A stretch of DNA of 64,000 nt from Lama guanicoe. Taxonomy: Eukaryota. Below the pieces are notes generated by a model. It worked only from the letters and a program-made list of their open reading frames with translations. It searched no databases and had not been told where the DNA came from. The stretch lies in contig MU053881.1 in NCBI GenBank assembly GCA_013239625.1, positions 10,005,957 to 10,069,956 on the forward strand, given 5' to 3'. Positions 12,950 through 26,180 of the stretch are shown here, one piece after another (positions within the stretch are counted from its first letter, which is position 1; each line of letters starts with the position of its first letter). Position numbers and translations under genes: made by a program.

Positions 12950-13694
12950 AGCCCCCTGGCACTTGTCATCATAGTATTTAATTTTAAAGTTTTATTGAAA
13001 AACATGGAAACAACAATAAACAATGTTTCATGTATCTGACAGAATTGTTAAGACAGTATGTTCTCCACAACTGCAACTTAAGACAACATACTTTTTGATG
13101 TATATAATAGAGAAAATCAGCGCAGACATCTACAGTGGGCAGAAGAGGTAAGAGACGAGGTGAAATGTGACCTTTGTAGGTCATTTCCTAATCTCATTTC
13201 CCCCCAGGACGTGCGCTGGACCGAAGAAGTCAGGTGCACCAGGGAAAACGTAAGAAGGAAAGAAACACAGCGTGCATAAGGCAAAGAACTTGAGAAGGCA
13301 CACGGCTCACTGAAACGAAAGGAAAAGTGAAACAGTCCGCATGCTTCGGCGGGAGGCGGAAAGAAAGTGGTTGCAGAAACCAGGATTTCACTCCTTGGTT
13401 CAAATCTGAACCTTGTCGTGTTAGGAGAACTTTCTGAAGGAAGTTAATGTCTGGGAAATAGGTTCCTCATCTATCAAGTAAGACTGATAGAAACGACAGT
13501 AAACCAACACCAAAGCAAGAGCGGGCTCACTGCCGTGCTCCCCATGTACCCAGCACCTGGAACAAGTGTTACCTCAGTTTGTGACAAAGCCCTGGGAGAC
13601 AGGCTTGTTCCCATTTTACTGAAAAGGAAGTTCTGGTAACATAATGCATTACATCATACAGACCATACACATATAGTATAATGATAATACATGA

Positions 13695-13790
13695 AGTTTT
13701 TTTGTTTTATATATATATGCATTTGTATATACATATAGATGTATATGTATTTATACATATGTATATTTATGTGTGTGTGTGTATATATAA
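13695..13790. repeat. TA/TATG/TG low-complexity tract
   Basis: tatatatatatgcatttgtatatacatatagatgtatatgtatttatacatatgtatatttatgtgtgtgtgtgtatatat. Confidence 0.8.
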
Positions 13791-15479
13791 AGCTCTTAGA
13801 GAGGCATTATGTGGAAGCTCAAGAAAGTGTAGCTATGATTATAGTAAATTAAAAGCCTATTTACCAAATGCTATTTTAATATAATCAAAAGGTTTTAAAA
13901 TTTCTCATGTGGACCATCTAAATTTATTAGTTTATCTTCTTCCAGATATTCTTCCATGAACGTGGAAAAAAAGCAGCAAATAAAAAAGGTGTCCATATGT
14001 ACTGTCACCAACTTCCCCCAAAAGGCTTCACTAGAATTGGAGCTTCGGAAACCCCAGTGAATTCTTTGATACTTATGAAAACAAACCCTCATCAGTCATA
14101 GAGACAAAGGGTGAGGAGGGGGGAATTTGGAGGCTGTGGATTTTCATAATACAAATGAAATGCTGAGAAGCTTCAGTGTGGATAGGAGCTCTCACACGGA
14201 CAGAGCCAAGGCTCCTGCTCCTGCTGGAGCAAATCCAGATTCTGGGGACAAGATTAGAAAACGGAATGAGGAGTTAGGATGGACACTGGGATACTCTCGG
14301 GCTAGACAACCTTCTTTGTCGGCACCAACGAATCTCTTAGGAGGTTGGGAGTTGACTAAGAGAAACAAAGTTCCCCAAACACCGTTACTGGCTGGACAAC
14401 ACAGATATCCTAGCCCGCAATTAATACTTTTACAACCTAGGAGTTTCAGATTTCAGCTATAAGCGTACAGCTAAATATCTCTAGGAAATGTTTTCCCTTC
14501 TTTTTTTCCCCCTTCCATTTAGCTTTGTTAAACAAAGGGTGATGATTTGTCAACTCAAGAGAAAAGCTTCGAGCCACAAGGTCTCTTATCTACACACAGG
14601 GGCCAGGAGCACCGAGGACTTTAAAACAAACAAGCAAACAAACAAAACATAGCTTGAAATAGGAAATACTATGGCTGAGCAATCCGGCTCGCCCTCTCCT
14701 TCCAAAAATACACTGGAGAAAACCCACCACCGTTTACTGTACTGGCTCACATCAGGAAGCAGGATGTCAAAGGAAACTAGCTGATTAAAAAAAATTATGT
14801 ATGTATATCTTTCATTAGCAATCGTTTAAAAAAAAAACAAATAACATAACTAAAGCCAAAATGCCAGAACAAATATAAAATGACTCCATTCTTGTTCCCA
14901 GTATGTAGGTTCTATTGTGTTAGAAAATTCTAAAGGTGGAGTGTAGACTAAAGGACTTAACAGATTTTTAATAGGTCAGGGAGATTTGGCTTTGAAGGGA
15001 GGGATTCTCACAACTGCTGCTCCTGGCTCCTTGGGGGAAGGTGCTGTCCTTTCTTGTTCTATGTAATGAGAACATGTATGGGACAGGCTTCCTTTGGTTT
15101 AATACAACATGTTACACCTGAACCTCACTAACCACATCTGAGAAGGCAGATGGTTATGAATCTGAAAACCATGAGGGGATAAAGTCCCAGGAAGCCTGAA
15201 ATCTCCTGACTCAGAGGCTCTGGGTGGAGGAGGACAGATCATGCATATAGATGCATTGGTAGCAAGGCTGCCAGGGAGGAAGCTGCTGTTGACCTTGAAG
15301 ACACAGATTAAGTTGCTTGGGAGAGGAATACGAGTAGACAGATTGGGGATGTATCTTAGACAACCAGTCAATCTCACTATAGAAATCTCTGTGAACTTTG
15401 GTCTTCTGCAATCACCCTAACTAATATTTAATGCAGCTTGAAATCAATTAACTCTATTATATTACCCTGATTCTTATCT

Positions 15480-15630
15480 TCCCCCCTTAGCCTTGATCAA
15501 TTATAAAAGTATCTTGCTTATTTCTTTGTTGTCTCTCAACAAGAGAATTCTGGATTTTCCACCCCTAACGTCTTAGTTTCAAAGAACAGTGCTTGGCACT
15601 ATTAAGCAATAGGCAAAACTTTATAAATAA
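15480..15630 (+). mobile_element. L2 3' end fragment
   Basis: tttgttgtctctc...aagaacagtgcttggcacta resembles the L2 3' terminus. Confidence 0.5.
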
Positions 15631-16254
15631 TATAGAAACTGTATCCTAAATGGTATGGCAAATCTCAATAAAATGTCCACTACATTATATACTAAATAAC
15701 TATATATTAATAAATGTACATTTTAATATATTGCACATCAAAAGGCTACATAATGTACATACGTGGGTTGAATAATAACTAAATGAAAACCCACATGGCT
15801 ACAACTGGCTTAAGAAACAGAACACTACTGTTATCTTTGAAGCTCTCTTCCACAAAAGCAGACCCAGTCCATAAAAGGGACATAAATCCTCTTCACACAC
15901 TGTGCTCTTTCCTTTCTTTGCTGCTATCTTCATTGACCAGATTTTCAAAAGAGAGAAAGTATTAAACAATGTGGTATACTGGCTAGAACCATGGATCCAA
16001 ATTTTTCGATTATATGCCCCACGTATAAGTCTTTTTTGTGATACGCATTCATTATGAAAATACATATTTATGAACTATATGTATTTATACATTATAAAAG
16101 CTATAAGATAATGAAACGTACAAAGTATGCTTTTAGAAAAATATAAAACTGAAGTATTTCATAAATTGTATTTATTGATAAATTAATTGTACAAAATTGA
16201 TTTTTTTCTCATTAAGGGTATTACCATTAACATTATTAGTGCTATCTCCCATTA

Positions 16255-16401
16255 AATGTTAGATACACTATTATTTCATGCGCCACTAAGGAAGGAAAAA
16301 TACTGCCAATTTAACTATCATATGTTACCCATCAATCCTAAGGTACACCTCTAATTTTAGAGATTTTAAAATACACACCTTATAACCGATGAAATGCAGT
16401 A
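16255..16401 (-). mobile_element. MER104-like TcMar-Tc2 MITE
   Basis: Minus strand: tactgcatttcatcggttataagg...atagttaaattggcagtatttttccttccttagtggcgcatgaaataatagtgtatct. Confidence 0.7.
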
Positions 16402-16491
16402 ATTTTTTAAAGGGAAAACCCAAGTAAATATAGTTCATTAGTTTTGAAGGTTATGTTTTAAAACTATGATACAACACTTATACTTTCTGGT

Positions 16492-16687
16492 TATATACAT
16501 TACTATATATAAAATAATCAACAAGGACCTACTGTATAGCACAGGGAACTATATTCGATAATGGAAAAGAAACTGAAAATAAATAAATGTATGTATGTAA
16601 ATGTATAACTGAATCACTTTAGCATACACCTGAAACTAACATTGTAACTCGACTACACTTCAATAAAAAATAAGAATTAAAAAAAAG
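16492..16687 (+). mobile_element. Truncated artiodactyl-type L1 3' end
   Basis: aacaaggacctactgtatagcacagggaactatatt...ataactgaatcacttt...acacctgaaactaacattgtaa...cttcAATAAA plus A tail. Confidence 0.85.
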
Positions 16688-17762
16688 ATTTATGTGAATG
16701 CTAATTTTAGGTTTCATGACTGTCATAGCAAGAAAAAAGATATCTCAAAAATATATTTATGGATCCAAATATAAGAAAACATTGGATCATTTTTCAATAA
16801 TAAAAACTTTTAAATCCAATCTACCATTTATATGAAAAATTTGACTGTTGTGCTTGTAAATTCTCAGGGAAGACTGCATTTGAACTTTTTTAAACTGATT
16901 TAAATTTTTTAATTTTTTTAAAATTTAAAAACTTTTTAAATTTTTTAAACTGATTTAAAAATCAGCTTTATATTTTGAAGATTTTAAAACAGGTTCAATG
17001 ATTCTGTATCTAGGTGTGTAGGTATGTAAGTGTGTGAGTGTGTAAGAGAAATAAATCTTAGACATTTTTCTTCTTTTAGCTGACACACTTATGGCTTTCA
17101 GAATGGAACAATGGAAGTATTTCTAAGCATCTTTTTAAAAATATTTTCTTCACAGTTCAAAAACAGGAACTTTCATGTTCAATGTTGAAATGTCACCTTT
17201 ACCTTGAAAAAATTCATTTTTAGTGGATAACTTATCAGGCCTTAACAGATCATAATGGGTTTTGCTCATAATGTGGCTGATGAAGACTATATTAGGAATG
17301 CAGGCAGCTCTGTCATGTTCACTTATTCCAGACTATCAATGTTATTTATTATCTCTATTTCTTAACAGGTATCTTTCAATGTCAGCTGTCCACTCTGAGA
17401 GTTTATCATATAATTTTTACTTTTAATTAAACTTTACCATCATATCATGTTGAAAGTGACCCAAAAAATGATAGTGCAACTATTGACTCCTCCACAACAT
17501 GGAAAACTTACTATTCTCTAAATAGCCCATGAGCCACATAAGACACATCACCATGTGATGCAATGAATGTGGGTACCATGTCATTAGGTTTATTAAATCT
17601 TAGCAAAACACAATTTCTTTTTCATTTTAATCTAAAAATAACTGTAAGCAGAAGCTCTAATATTGCCTTATGGAACTTAGTGAACGGCCCTGTGCGTCAT
17701 TGGGCTGGGCACATCTTTTATCGGATGCCACTGGACCAACACTGGATTTTGAAATGAGTCTT

Positions 17763-18045
17763 ACAAGTTGCAAACTCAAAAATCCATGGGTGCCAGTTTT
17801 GCAATGCAAAAGGGAAAAATGGGCTGGATTTTGGCAAATTAGACGATGCACGGCTCATCTAAAGAAGCAACTTCTATAGGCCTGGTATTCCTAGATCTGA
17901 GTTTTAGTGAGAAATGGGATAGCCACATATTTTTATGAACTATAGCCAGTTGGAAATGCTAAAAAGAGGTAAAAAGTTTTTATAAAATTTTAGTGGACCA
18001 AAAGCATTTGTAGGCTGGATTTATCCATGGGTCTTCCAATTCACT
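17763..18045. mobile_element. MER102-like hAT-Charlie element
   Basis: gttgcaaactcaaa...tggcaaattagacgatgcacggctcatctaaag...gtggaccaaaagcatttgtaggctggatttatccatggg. Confidence 0.6.
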
Positions 18046-19190
18046 TTTTACAAATGGAAATAAAAGAGGATATATAGAAATAAAATTTAAAGAAAAAAAA
18101 AACATGAAAAAGGAGAACAAGGAGGGGGAACAAGAATAGAATCTGAGAGCTCTAAATCAATTATTTAAACGTTCTGAAATAAATATCACATGTAAAAGGT
18201 ACTTCTCCCATTTTAATGTAAAAAATTCCCTTATACAAATAAAACTAAGAGAAAATTTCCAAAGGCTGTCACAGGAGGTTCTCTTCTTTATCTCTGATGG
18301 CATTTTATTCAGAGCTGACCCAGATGATGCAAAATCTTTTCTAAGAGTGCCATGTAAGCACCAATTCAATTGTGAAATATTAACTGTGTATTAGACATAA
18401 CAGTAACAAAATTCCTCCCACCCTCCTCCCTTCATTTCTTCTTTCCATAGTTCTATCTCTCCTTACTTGCCTGAGTGTCCTCGCTCTCTTTATAGTGAGT
18501 GGGAAAGTTTGTCTCTTAAAAGTTTTTATTCCTTCAGTGAGTTCCCCCATGTAGTTTCTTGAGTTGGTTTTTGGAAATTAGTATACTGAAGATCTATTTA
18601 TAAGATAATCTAATCTACCACTTATGTGCAAAGTTTTCCCGTTGTACTTGTAAACTCTCACGAAGGAGCATATTTAAAATTTTTTACCAATGACAAATCA
18701 TTTACAAGATCATGAAATAAATGACTGCAGTCCTGTAAACTACTCTTACGCTAGGCCAGGCATACAATCTGGCTTCAACTCACATTCTCTTTTTTTGGTG
18801 CTAATATTGTAAATTGCTGCTTTATAAAAAGTACTCTTACCAATAAATAATGTATTCGTATCTTAATGTTGTTGTCTTTGCAACACATTCATCGTAACAG
18901 ATTTGTTTTGTTGCCAATGTGTACTGGAGCATCGCCAACAAGAGCTGTTCGTAAAAATACGACCTTCCACATTTTCTTCCCAAAAAGATGATGTAAAGAG
19001 AGGAACCCAAATAATCTAAACAATGTTTAACACCTTTAGCATCTGTTGGAAAGCAAAACTGAAGACTAATGTTCTCCTAGATAGCTCATTCAATGTTTAT
19101 CTTGATGACTAGAAAACAAGCCGCAGAACAGCTACTGAACTGAATTACAATAAAATATACGTTTTTCAGAGAGAGGAACACAAAATCAGT

Positions 19191-19350
19191 TTTCATTTGG
19201 CATGCTAAGTATGCTATATTTGAACAGAATGTTACATATTCATTTCATTCATCATTTAAAGGCAGATAATCAGGAAGTCATTACGTGGCCTGCATTGGGC
19301 AGCTATTCGATTAGAGCATAATTGAGCAGTCTGTAACTCAGCCAGAGCTG
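19191..19350 (+). promoter_or_regulatory. Dispersed conserved non-coding element, copy 2
   Basis: 19191-19284 aligns without gaps to 49261-49354 (77/94 by hand count; core 44/46); downstream tcgatt-N6-taattgagca and gccaga also shared. Confidence 0.65.
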
Positions 19351-19479
19351 ACAGGCCGGGAATGCACAATAGCCATCCTAGGTATTTTGAATGTGGGGGG
19401 GAAGTATGGGGCAAAGAGTATTTGCTGGTTAAAACAGGCCACTGGGATAAAGGAGATGACCTAAAAAAAAACAACAACA

Positions 19480-19770
19480 AAAATCAATTCTTGTCATTTT
19501 CATCCACCCAATTTCTGGCACCCTTGTTACAGGAGCACAAGGAAGCTAACACAAATGCTAAAGAGAAAATACTCGTCCCTCTGTCTCTTAAAGTCACTAA
19601 GTTAGTTACTAAGGTAACAGAAATAAAATAGTATTAGTAAATGTTTGCAAATTCTTTGGCCAAATACATTTCATTTCCAAACACAGTTCTCTACTGCAGT
19701 ATAGTAAATTTCCCTTCTTATTGAAATTTCACCTTGGATGTGGACAAGAAATCTAAAAGGGAGGAGGAGG
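19480..19770 (-). repeat. Left arm of ~290-bp inverted duplication (partner 20146-20434)
   Basis: 19594-19619 is the exact reverse complement of 20296-20321; about 80% identity in the inner ~100 bp counted by hand. Confidence 0.9.
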
Positions 19771-20145
19771 GTCATGCTGGCATCCTTCACTGTTGCTGCA
19801 GACTGGCTGTTCATAGACTCTTAGACGTAAAGGTGGTCATTTAAGGCAGAAAATGGATTTATCCAGGATTTTGTCATGTAGGGAACTGGGTGGGGAGGTA
19901 CAGAGTACAGAAGTAGATGCTAAGGCAGAGAAAAAACCAGGTAACAAGACACTTCAGATATTTTTATTATGGTTGTGGTTGGTGAAGGCAGGACATCATA
20001 ATACAAATGGCAGGATGTGTATGACTCTGGCATTTACATCATGACTAACAGGTATTGTCGGCACACCTACTCCTTTTAAGCATTGGCAACACATGGCAGA
20101 CATGGCTTTCCACGTGTCTACTCACTGTTCCCTGCTTGTCAAGTT

Positions 20146-20434
20146 CCTCCTCCTGCCTTTAAACTTCCCGTCCAAATTCAAGGTGAATTTTCAATCAGAA
20201 AGGAAATCTATTACATTGCAGTAGAGAAATAAGTTTAGGAATGAAATGTATTTGGCTGAAGAATGTGCAAATATTTACTAATATTATTTTATTTTTGTTA
20301 CCTTAGTAACTAACTTAGTGATTTTAAAAGACAGGAGGAGGAGTGCTTTCTCATCAGCATTTGTGTTAGCTTCCTGGGGCTCCCGTAACAAAGTACCATA
20401 AATTGGGTGGATTAAAACAACAGTAATTTATTTT
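20146..20434 (+). repeat. Right arm of inverted duplication (overlaps the first ~70 bp of the MLT1 LTR)
   Basis: cctcctcctgcctttaaac...tgtgttagcttcc...aattgggtggattaaaac matches the reverse complement of 19480-19770. Confidence 0.9.
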
Positions 20435-20836
20435 CTCACAGTTCTGGAGGCCAGAAGCCTGAAATCAAGGGCTGTCAGGCTTGGCTCCTTCTGAGTCCTC
20501 TGAAGGGAAAGTCAGTTCCATGACTCTCTCCCAGCTTCTGGTCAAACACCACCACCTTTGGTGTTTCCCAACCTGTTAATGTATCACCCCAATCTCCGGC
20601 TACACATTCACAGGGCGTCACTCTCCCTGTGTCCTCATGTCTTCACATGGCTGTCCTCTTGTAAGGACTCCATCATACAAGATGGGGGCCCATGCCCCTC
20701 CTGGACGGCCTCATTTTCACATGATTAACCACATCTGTTAACAATCCGAGGTCCAATTAAGGTCGCATTCTGAGGTACTCAAGATTAGGACTTTAAAATA
20801 CCTTTTTTGGAGGGGGTTACAATTCAATTTGTAACA
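20362..20836 (-). mobile_element. MaLR solo LTR (MLT1C-like)
   Basis: tgtgttagcttcc...ctcacagttctggaggccagaag...gcattctgaggtact...aattcaatttgtaaca; perfect 5-bp TSD GCATT at 20357-20361 and 20837-20841. Confidence 0.9.
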
Positions 20837-21214
20837 GCATTGTTTAGAATTGTTGGCACATGGCAATAATAAAAACAAATTGACTTTTATTTGGTCTTAA
20901 AACTGGCTTTAAATTCCATACAGAAAAAAAACTCCCCTTTATTGCGTACACCTGGGAACAATCACGCTCACCGCCCTCTCCTGATACCCACTGCCTTTCA
21001 GGTCAAAGGCGTATTAAGACACAGGAATTGCGTGAAGAGGAAACCTGTAAAGAAATTAAATTCTCATGGTCACAAGAATAGACTCAGCCAAGAACAGAGA
21101 GGTAGAAGTTTCAACTAAGAAAGAAGAGAACCTCCCTGTCTCTGCTGAAAGGTCTCCTCCTCCGTTCTGTCGCTGATAGAAGGTGCATGTCCACATTCAA
21201 ATAAATCTCGGTAA

Positions 21215-21814
21215 GTTCTGGTTTGAGATGGCAATGTCAAAGCATCCAAAACTCACCGCCTCCCATTAACACAGTGAATCTACAGCTACATACAGAACAA
21301 CGTCCTCTGAAGGAAACCTTTAAAAAACAGCTGAATGACTCCTACACGTGGGAGGAGGAGAGAAAGCTCAGGTGGAACCTGGTAGCAGAGGCTGGGACCC
21401 AACCTCGCTGTAAACTGCAGCCCTGGCAGTGACTCACGGTCAAAACCTGGCACTTCTCCCTGAGGTGCGAAGGGGTTGAACCCCACAAGGAGCTCCTGTG
21501 ACTTTTAAAACTTTCACCTCAAAGACGAGCCCCTCAAACACCTAGCTTTGAAAACCAACAGGACTCGCATCCACGAGACCGTCCCAGTAAAGAGCTCATG
21601 AGCACAGACTCACCTGCGTCAGGGCCCAGCCCAGAAGCGGCCCAACCCAAGGGCTCCCCGACTCTGGGAGATTAGTTTGCTTGTCTTGGAGCATCAGCCA
21701 GAGATGCAGGCATGAGATATGACCCACTTTTGGGGGGCTGGCTGGGCGTTCTCCGGGATGGAGACCCACAGCCCCATCCTCGCCTTCGCCCTGGCGGTCT
21801 GCTGGGAGACACAC
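21215..21814 (+). mobile_element. Isolated L1 5' UTR fragment
   Basis: gagatggc (YY1-like start)...ctcaccgcctccca...ctacagctacatacagaacaacgtcctctgaa...gacgagcccctcaaacacctagctttgaaaaccaacaggactc; GC-rich; no ORF1 follows. Confidence 0.7.
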
Positions 21815-21948
21815 GCGCTCTTGAGACCTTCCCCTTGTGGGCGGGACTGAGGAGAGACATGCGCTCTTGAGACCTTCCCCTTGTGGGCGGGACTGAGGGG
21901 AGACATGCGCTCTTGAGACCTTCCCCTTGTGGGCGGGACGGAGGAGAG
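21815..21948. repeat. 46-bp tandem repeat, ~2.9 copies
   Basis: Unit gcgctcttgagaccttccccttgtgggcgggactgaggagagacat starts at 21815, 21861 and 21907; units are nearly identical. Confidence 0.95.
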
Positions 21949-24004
21949 CCTGGGAGGACTTTTTAAGTTCTCAGTTAAGACGGTAAATAAAATGGAAATA
22001 CGGAGACTATGCGCTCCAGAACTGCTTGGCGACTGATGCTGTGTGCTCCTTCCCCCACGGGGATAGTCTCTAGAGCACAGAATCTACAACAGGATATTAA
22101 GATGGAAGTTTCAGCCACAAAGTGAAGAAAATCAATTGCAAATTCCGAAATGAGATGCTAAATAAAGATGCATATTTTTCTAAGCAAATTGGTGTGAATC
22201 TATGAGGCCAGCCTAAACACCCTTATCTGTGTAAAGGATCTGACAGTGCCTGGAAAAGAGAGCTTTTGTGACTTGAGTTATTGTTAGTTGTGAGTCCGTT
22301 TGTAACAACGAGAGGGACTGGGTGCAATGACTCTCACTTCAAGCTTGATTGGGAGCTACTTCAACGAGATCATTTCAGGAAACCTGATAGGCACCCTCTT
22401 TGCTTAGGCTCTGTGAGGGCTGGGGTCGGACTCGCACCTGAGAAATCTAAAAGTTGGGAAATGGGATGGCTGCTGCCAAATGATGCATCAGGAAGAGGTA
22501 ATGGCGTGGTACAGCCTTCTCAGTCTGCGAAAGCTGTGTGGTTTGTCCTACAGATGATTCACATGTGTGAGAGAGAATTCTCAGGCATGTTTTTATGTCT
22601 TGTCCAGGGGACCATCTAGAGAGGAAAGTGTTGCTTAGTTGATGGAAGCTGTAAGAAGAATCTATAAAAGACAGACTGGATAAGAGGACGTTGTCAGGAT
22701 CAAGAGATAGGGTGGAGACAGAGGACAGTGGTGGGGGAGAGAAGGGTTTCTATGAAAAGTTCACAAAGGCGCCTCATAAGAGAAAAAGACGCTTTTAAGT
22801 TCCTGCCAGAACCAGGGAATGTGAAACCACCTCCCAAATTTATCAAGAAAGTGAGAATCTTCTTGTCTGTTATCTTCTCTCCTTCCCCCTCTCCTCTCTG
22901 CCAACACCCCTTACTAGAGGCATTTTCCAGCCAAAAAAGACACAACTTAGAGGAGAGAGAAGACTGAACTTCAATCAGGTGTAGTGATTTTGTTATTGTA
23001 GGAGGATACACATTCTAATTTCCGAATAAAAACTCTGCATTTGCAATTTAGTGACCCTGAAGTACCCCAAAGTTTTTCATGTATAAATTTATGTATTTAT
23101 TAACCCACAATGAGCAGAAAAGTTATGATGCCTGCTTAAGTTTTCAGAGAGCAGGGGAAGAAGTAAACTCATGAAGAAGCAGATGTACAGAGAGCATGAG
23201 GATTAAGAAATAAAATTGCTCTGATAACAAATCCAGTTTTTTATTTTTTCACTGAACTGATTTCATTCATATCTATAGACTTGTTTTACTTCACCTTTCC
23301 TACTTGTTGTCACTGTTCCATGGGGAGGACTGTAAACTAGAAGCTGGTGGTGCTGCTTCTCAAAGACACTTCTGTAAGTTGCAGTTGGATGCTAGTAACT
23401 GACGCAGCTGGAACAGGTAGACTAGATGGAAAACAGGAATCACTCCCCTATCTTTTGACTTTCCCTCTGTTTAATATCAATACCACTCACTTGGTGGATA
23501 AGGGTACTTACAGAGGGAATGATCAGAATTTGGGTAACCTTTTGGAGCATCCAGCTTATAGAAAGAAAATTATAAAATCTGCCTGGATTCTCCTCTTTAT
23601 GTTCCTGCCACAGTCCTCCATGATCAGATGCCTTCTCTGTAACAGCCCTAGTTTTTCATGTGCATCATTTTATGATGACAGTATCTCAAAAAACATTCAA
23701 GCCATTTGGCTTTTAGAGTTTTTATGGACTATTTTATGATTAAGATACATGTAAAGTACATATAAATGTGTTATATTTTCCTCTCTTACTTGTTAGGTAT
23801 GCTTTATGTAATTTAATATTTTTAATGCAACCTGGTTCAGGGGCAAGGATGCCTTGAGTTTCAGTGACATAGCAAATGCCAAAAAACAAAAGTAGCACCT
23901 AGAGGAATCTAGAATGTTTTCAGCCTAACTGGTGGTACAGTAAATCAAATACAGCAAAGACCATGAGAAAATTATGGCTCTGAATATTTACTTTGGAAGA
24001 TGTA

Positions 24005-24490
24005 TATTATGTGTTGGGCTGTATCCCTCCCAAAATAATATGTTGAAGCCCTAACCTCCATTAACTCAAAATGTGGCCTTATTTGGCCACAGATGTTCTT
24101 TACAGTGGTGATCAAGTTAAAATGAGCTCATTAGGGTGGGCCTAATCCAATAGGACTGGCACCCTTATACCAAGGGGAAATTTGGACACAGAGACGGAAA
24201 TCTGGACATTCTCGCACAAGGGGAGAATGCAAAGTAAAGACACTTGGGAGAAGATGGTCCACATGATTGGTGATGCATCAGTAAGCCAGGAAATAGCAAG
24301 GATGGCCAGCAAAGACCAGAAACTAGAAAAGGCAGAGGACTCTCCGCTAGAAACTTCAAAGAGAACAGATCCCTGAAGACACACTGATTTCAAACATTCA
24401 GCTCCCAAAAATGTGAAAGAATAAATTTCCACTATTTTGAGCAATCCCCTTTTTGGCATTTTGTCATGGCAGCCCTAGCAAACGAATACA
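24005..24490 (+). mobile_element. MaLR solo LTR (MLT1C-like)
   Basis: atatgttgaagccctaacc...aatgtggccttatttgg...ttagggtgggcctaatccaat...gaataaatttc...ggcagccctagcaaacgaataca. Confidence 0.9.
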
Positions 24491-25594
24491 GTGGGTTGTT
24501 GGGTCGTTGCAAGAACACGAGTTGAAAGTGAGTTTCAGAGACTATACAACAATTTTGGAGAAAGAGTCAAGCTTATATAAATTTGGGGAAAAGTTTACTT
24601 CTTGAGTAGGGTCAGGGGGAGCACAACATATATTCAATAAAAAGTCCTAGGATTCTAGGCACTACATGGGTTTCTTTTTGCTCAATAATATCTTAAGGCC
24701 TCAAGGAGTCATCCCTATAGAAGTAGAGTTTGATGGAGGAGCAGGAGTTGAAGGATGGTAACACATTAAGTTTCCTACAGCTGGTAATAAAATATCACCT
24801 ATTTTGAAATTTTCTTTGTATAATTACTTCCTTTTGTACATTTTTGTCTCCACAAATTAATTACAGGTTTCTGCAGTCATAGAATATGCTCTGCAGTTTG
24901 GAAAATCCTCTCAAAAATAGAAATTTCATCACACACAGTAGGTAAGTGATGAATTCAGAGTCAAGCTAAAATAGCAGAGTGGTGCAAAATTATATTTTTG
25001 GGTCATACGCACGGATGTCTTTTGAATAGGCAGCTATAAACCCTTCATGACAAAAGATCAACTAGGTGCTACTTTTTTTTTAATCCACTGCATTTTAATT
25101 AGCTTTGATGAACAGTGCAAAGAGCTAAAGGAACGCAGGATCTATTTCTTTCTTTTTCCTTTTCTTTGCTTTTTTCTTTAAAGTCAATATGTGAGGGATT
25201 TACATTCACTAGTCTAATGCTCTCACATATCACCAGCAGAATTGGGCCCCAAGCAATTTATTCATTTGCAGCCCTAATAAATGACTCAGGGGATTGAAAT
25301 GGTGAAAGACTCTGTCATTTGAAGATTTGTAGTGATTGGTTACAATAAGAAAATGAATTCCACAGAGCCAACTAGAGTATGTATAATGAATTCATTGCTT
25401 CAGTTACCACAAAGACGAAATACCAAAAAGTTTAGCTCCCAAATATAAAATAGAAATCACTAGTAATATTATGTGAAAGGCAAAAATGTTGAGACAACTG
25501 AGCCCATAGTTATGCATGTGCAATAGAACAGGCTGTTCCAGCATCTTAGGCAGCCAGAGATAAGCCGTACAACTCCTGCAGATTCTTTGTAATT

Positions 25595-26180
25595 CTAGAC
25601 ATTGTCTGTTGTCCTTTGGCTTCACACTTACCTTTTCACACTATCCTTTCGATCCCTGGGGCTGGAAGCCCAAAAGCTCTGTTTTCAGATACCCTTGCCA
25701 ACTGGTTTCTTGCTAGGTTTTGCCAATGGGAGATACCAGTTGAAGATTAGAAGGTTAGAGAAAAAAAAAAAAGAGAGAGAGAGAAGAGAAGGTTTTGTTT
25801 ACTTCTTTCTTTTTCGCTGCTTATTTCAGTGCCTCTGGCAGAAGAGCAGAAGCAGAGAGCCAAGGAGCGTGACCACAGGCAGCAACAGGTGACAGGTTCT
25901 GCAGCATCATGCAGTGCGGGCTCTCTTAGCAACAATGGTAGGATTCCAAAAGCACCATGAGCAGCACCTCCAGCACCTCAGCAGCAACTGCAGTCAGATG
26001 AGGAGCAACTCCTTGAATTCTGAGCAGTAATGACCTCCCCCCTTGCCCCCCCAGCCCTCCTTTTTTTCACTCTGTTGCTTTTTTAGCTCTTCAGCATCTC
26101 CGATCCTTTGTGTTAAACCTCTCTCCTCCTGAAATGTCTAAAATCACTTCTGTTCTCCTGACTGGATGCTAATCAATGCA
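25595..26180 (+). mobile_element. ERVL LTR (LTR33-like), 5' LTR of a provirus relic
   Basis: ggggctggaagcccaaaagctctgttttcagatacccttgccaactggtttcttgctaggttttgccaatgggag; 3' end cttctgttctcctgactgga...aatgca. Confidence 0.7.

Noticed and set aside
16884..16968. Local duplication and hairpin of ttttttaaactgatttaaa
   Set aside because: Low-complexity A/T slippage; no evidence of function
21815..21948. CRISPR-like array
   Set aside because: Head-to-tail tandem units with no unique spacers, in mammalian DNA
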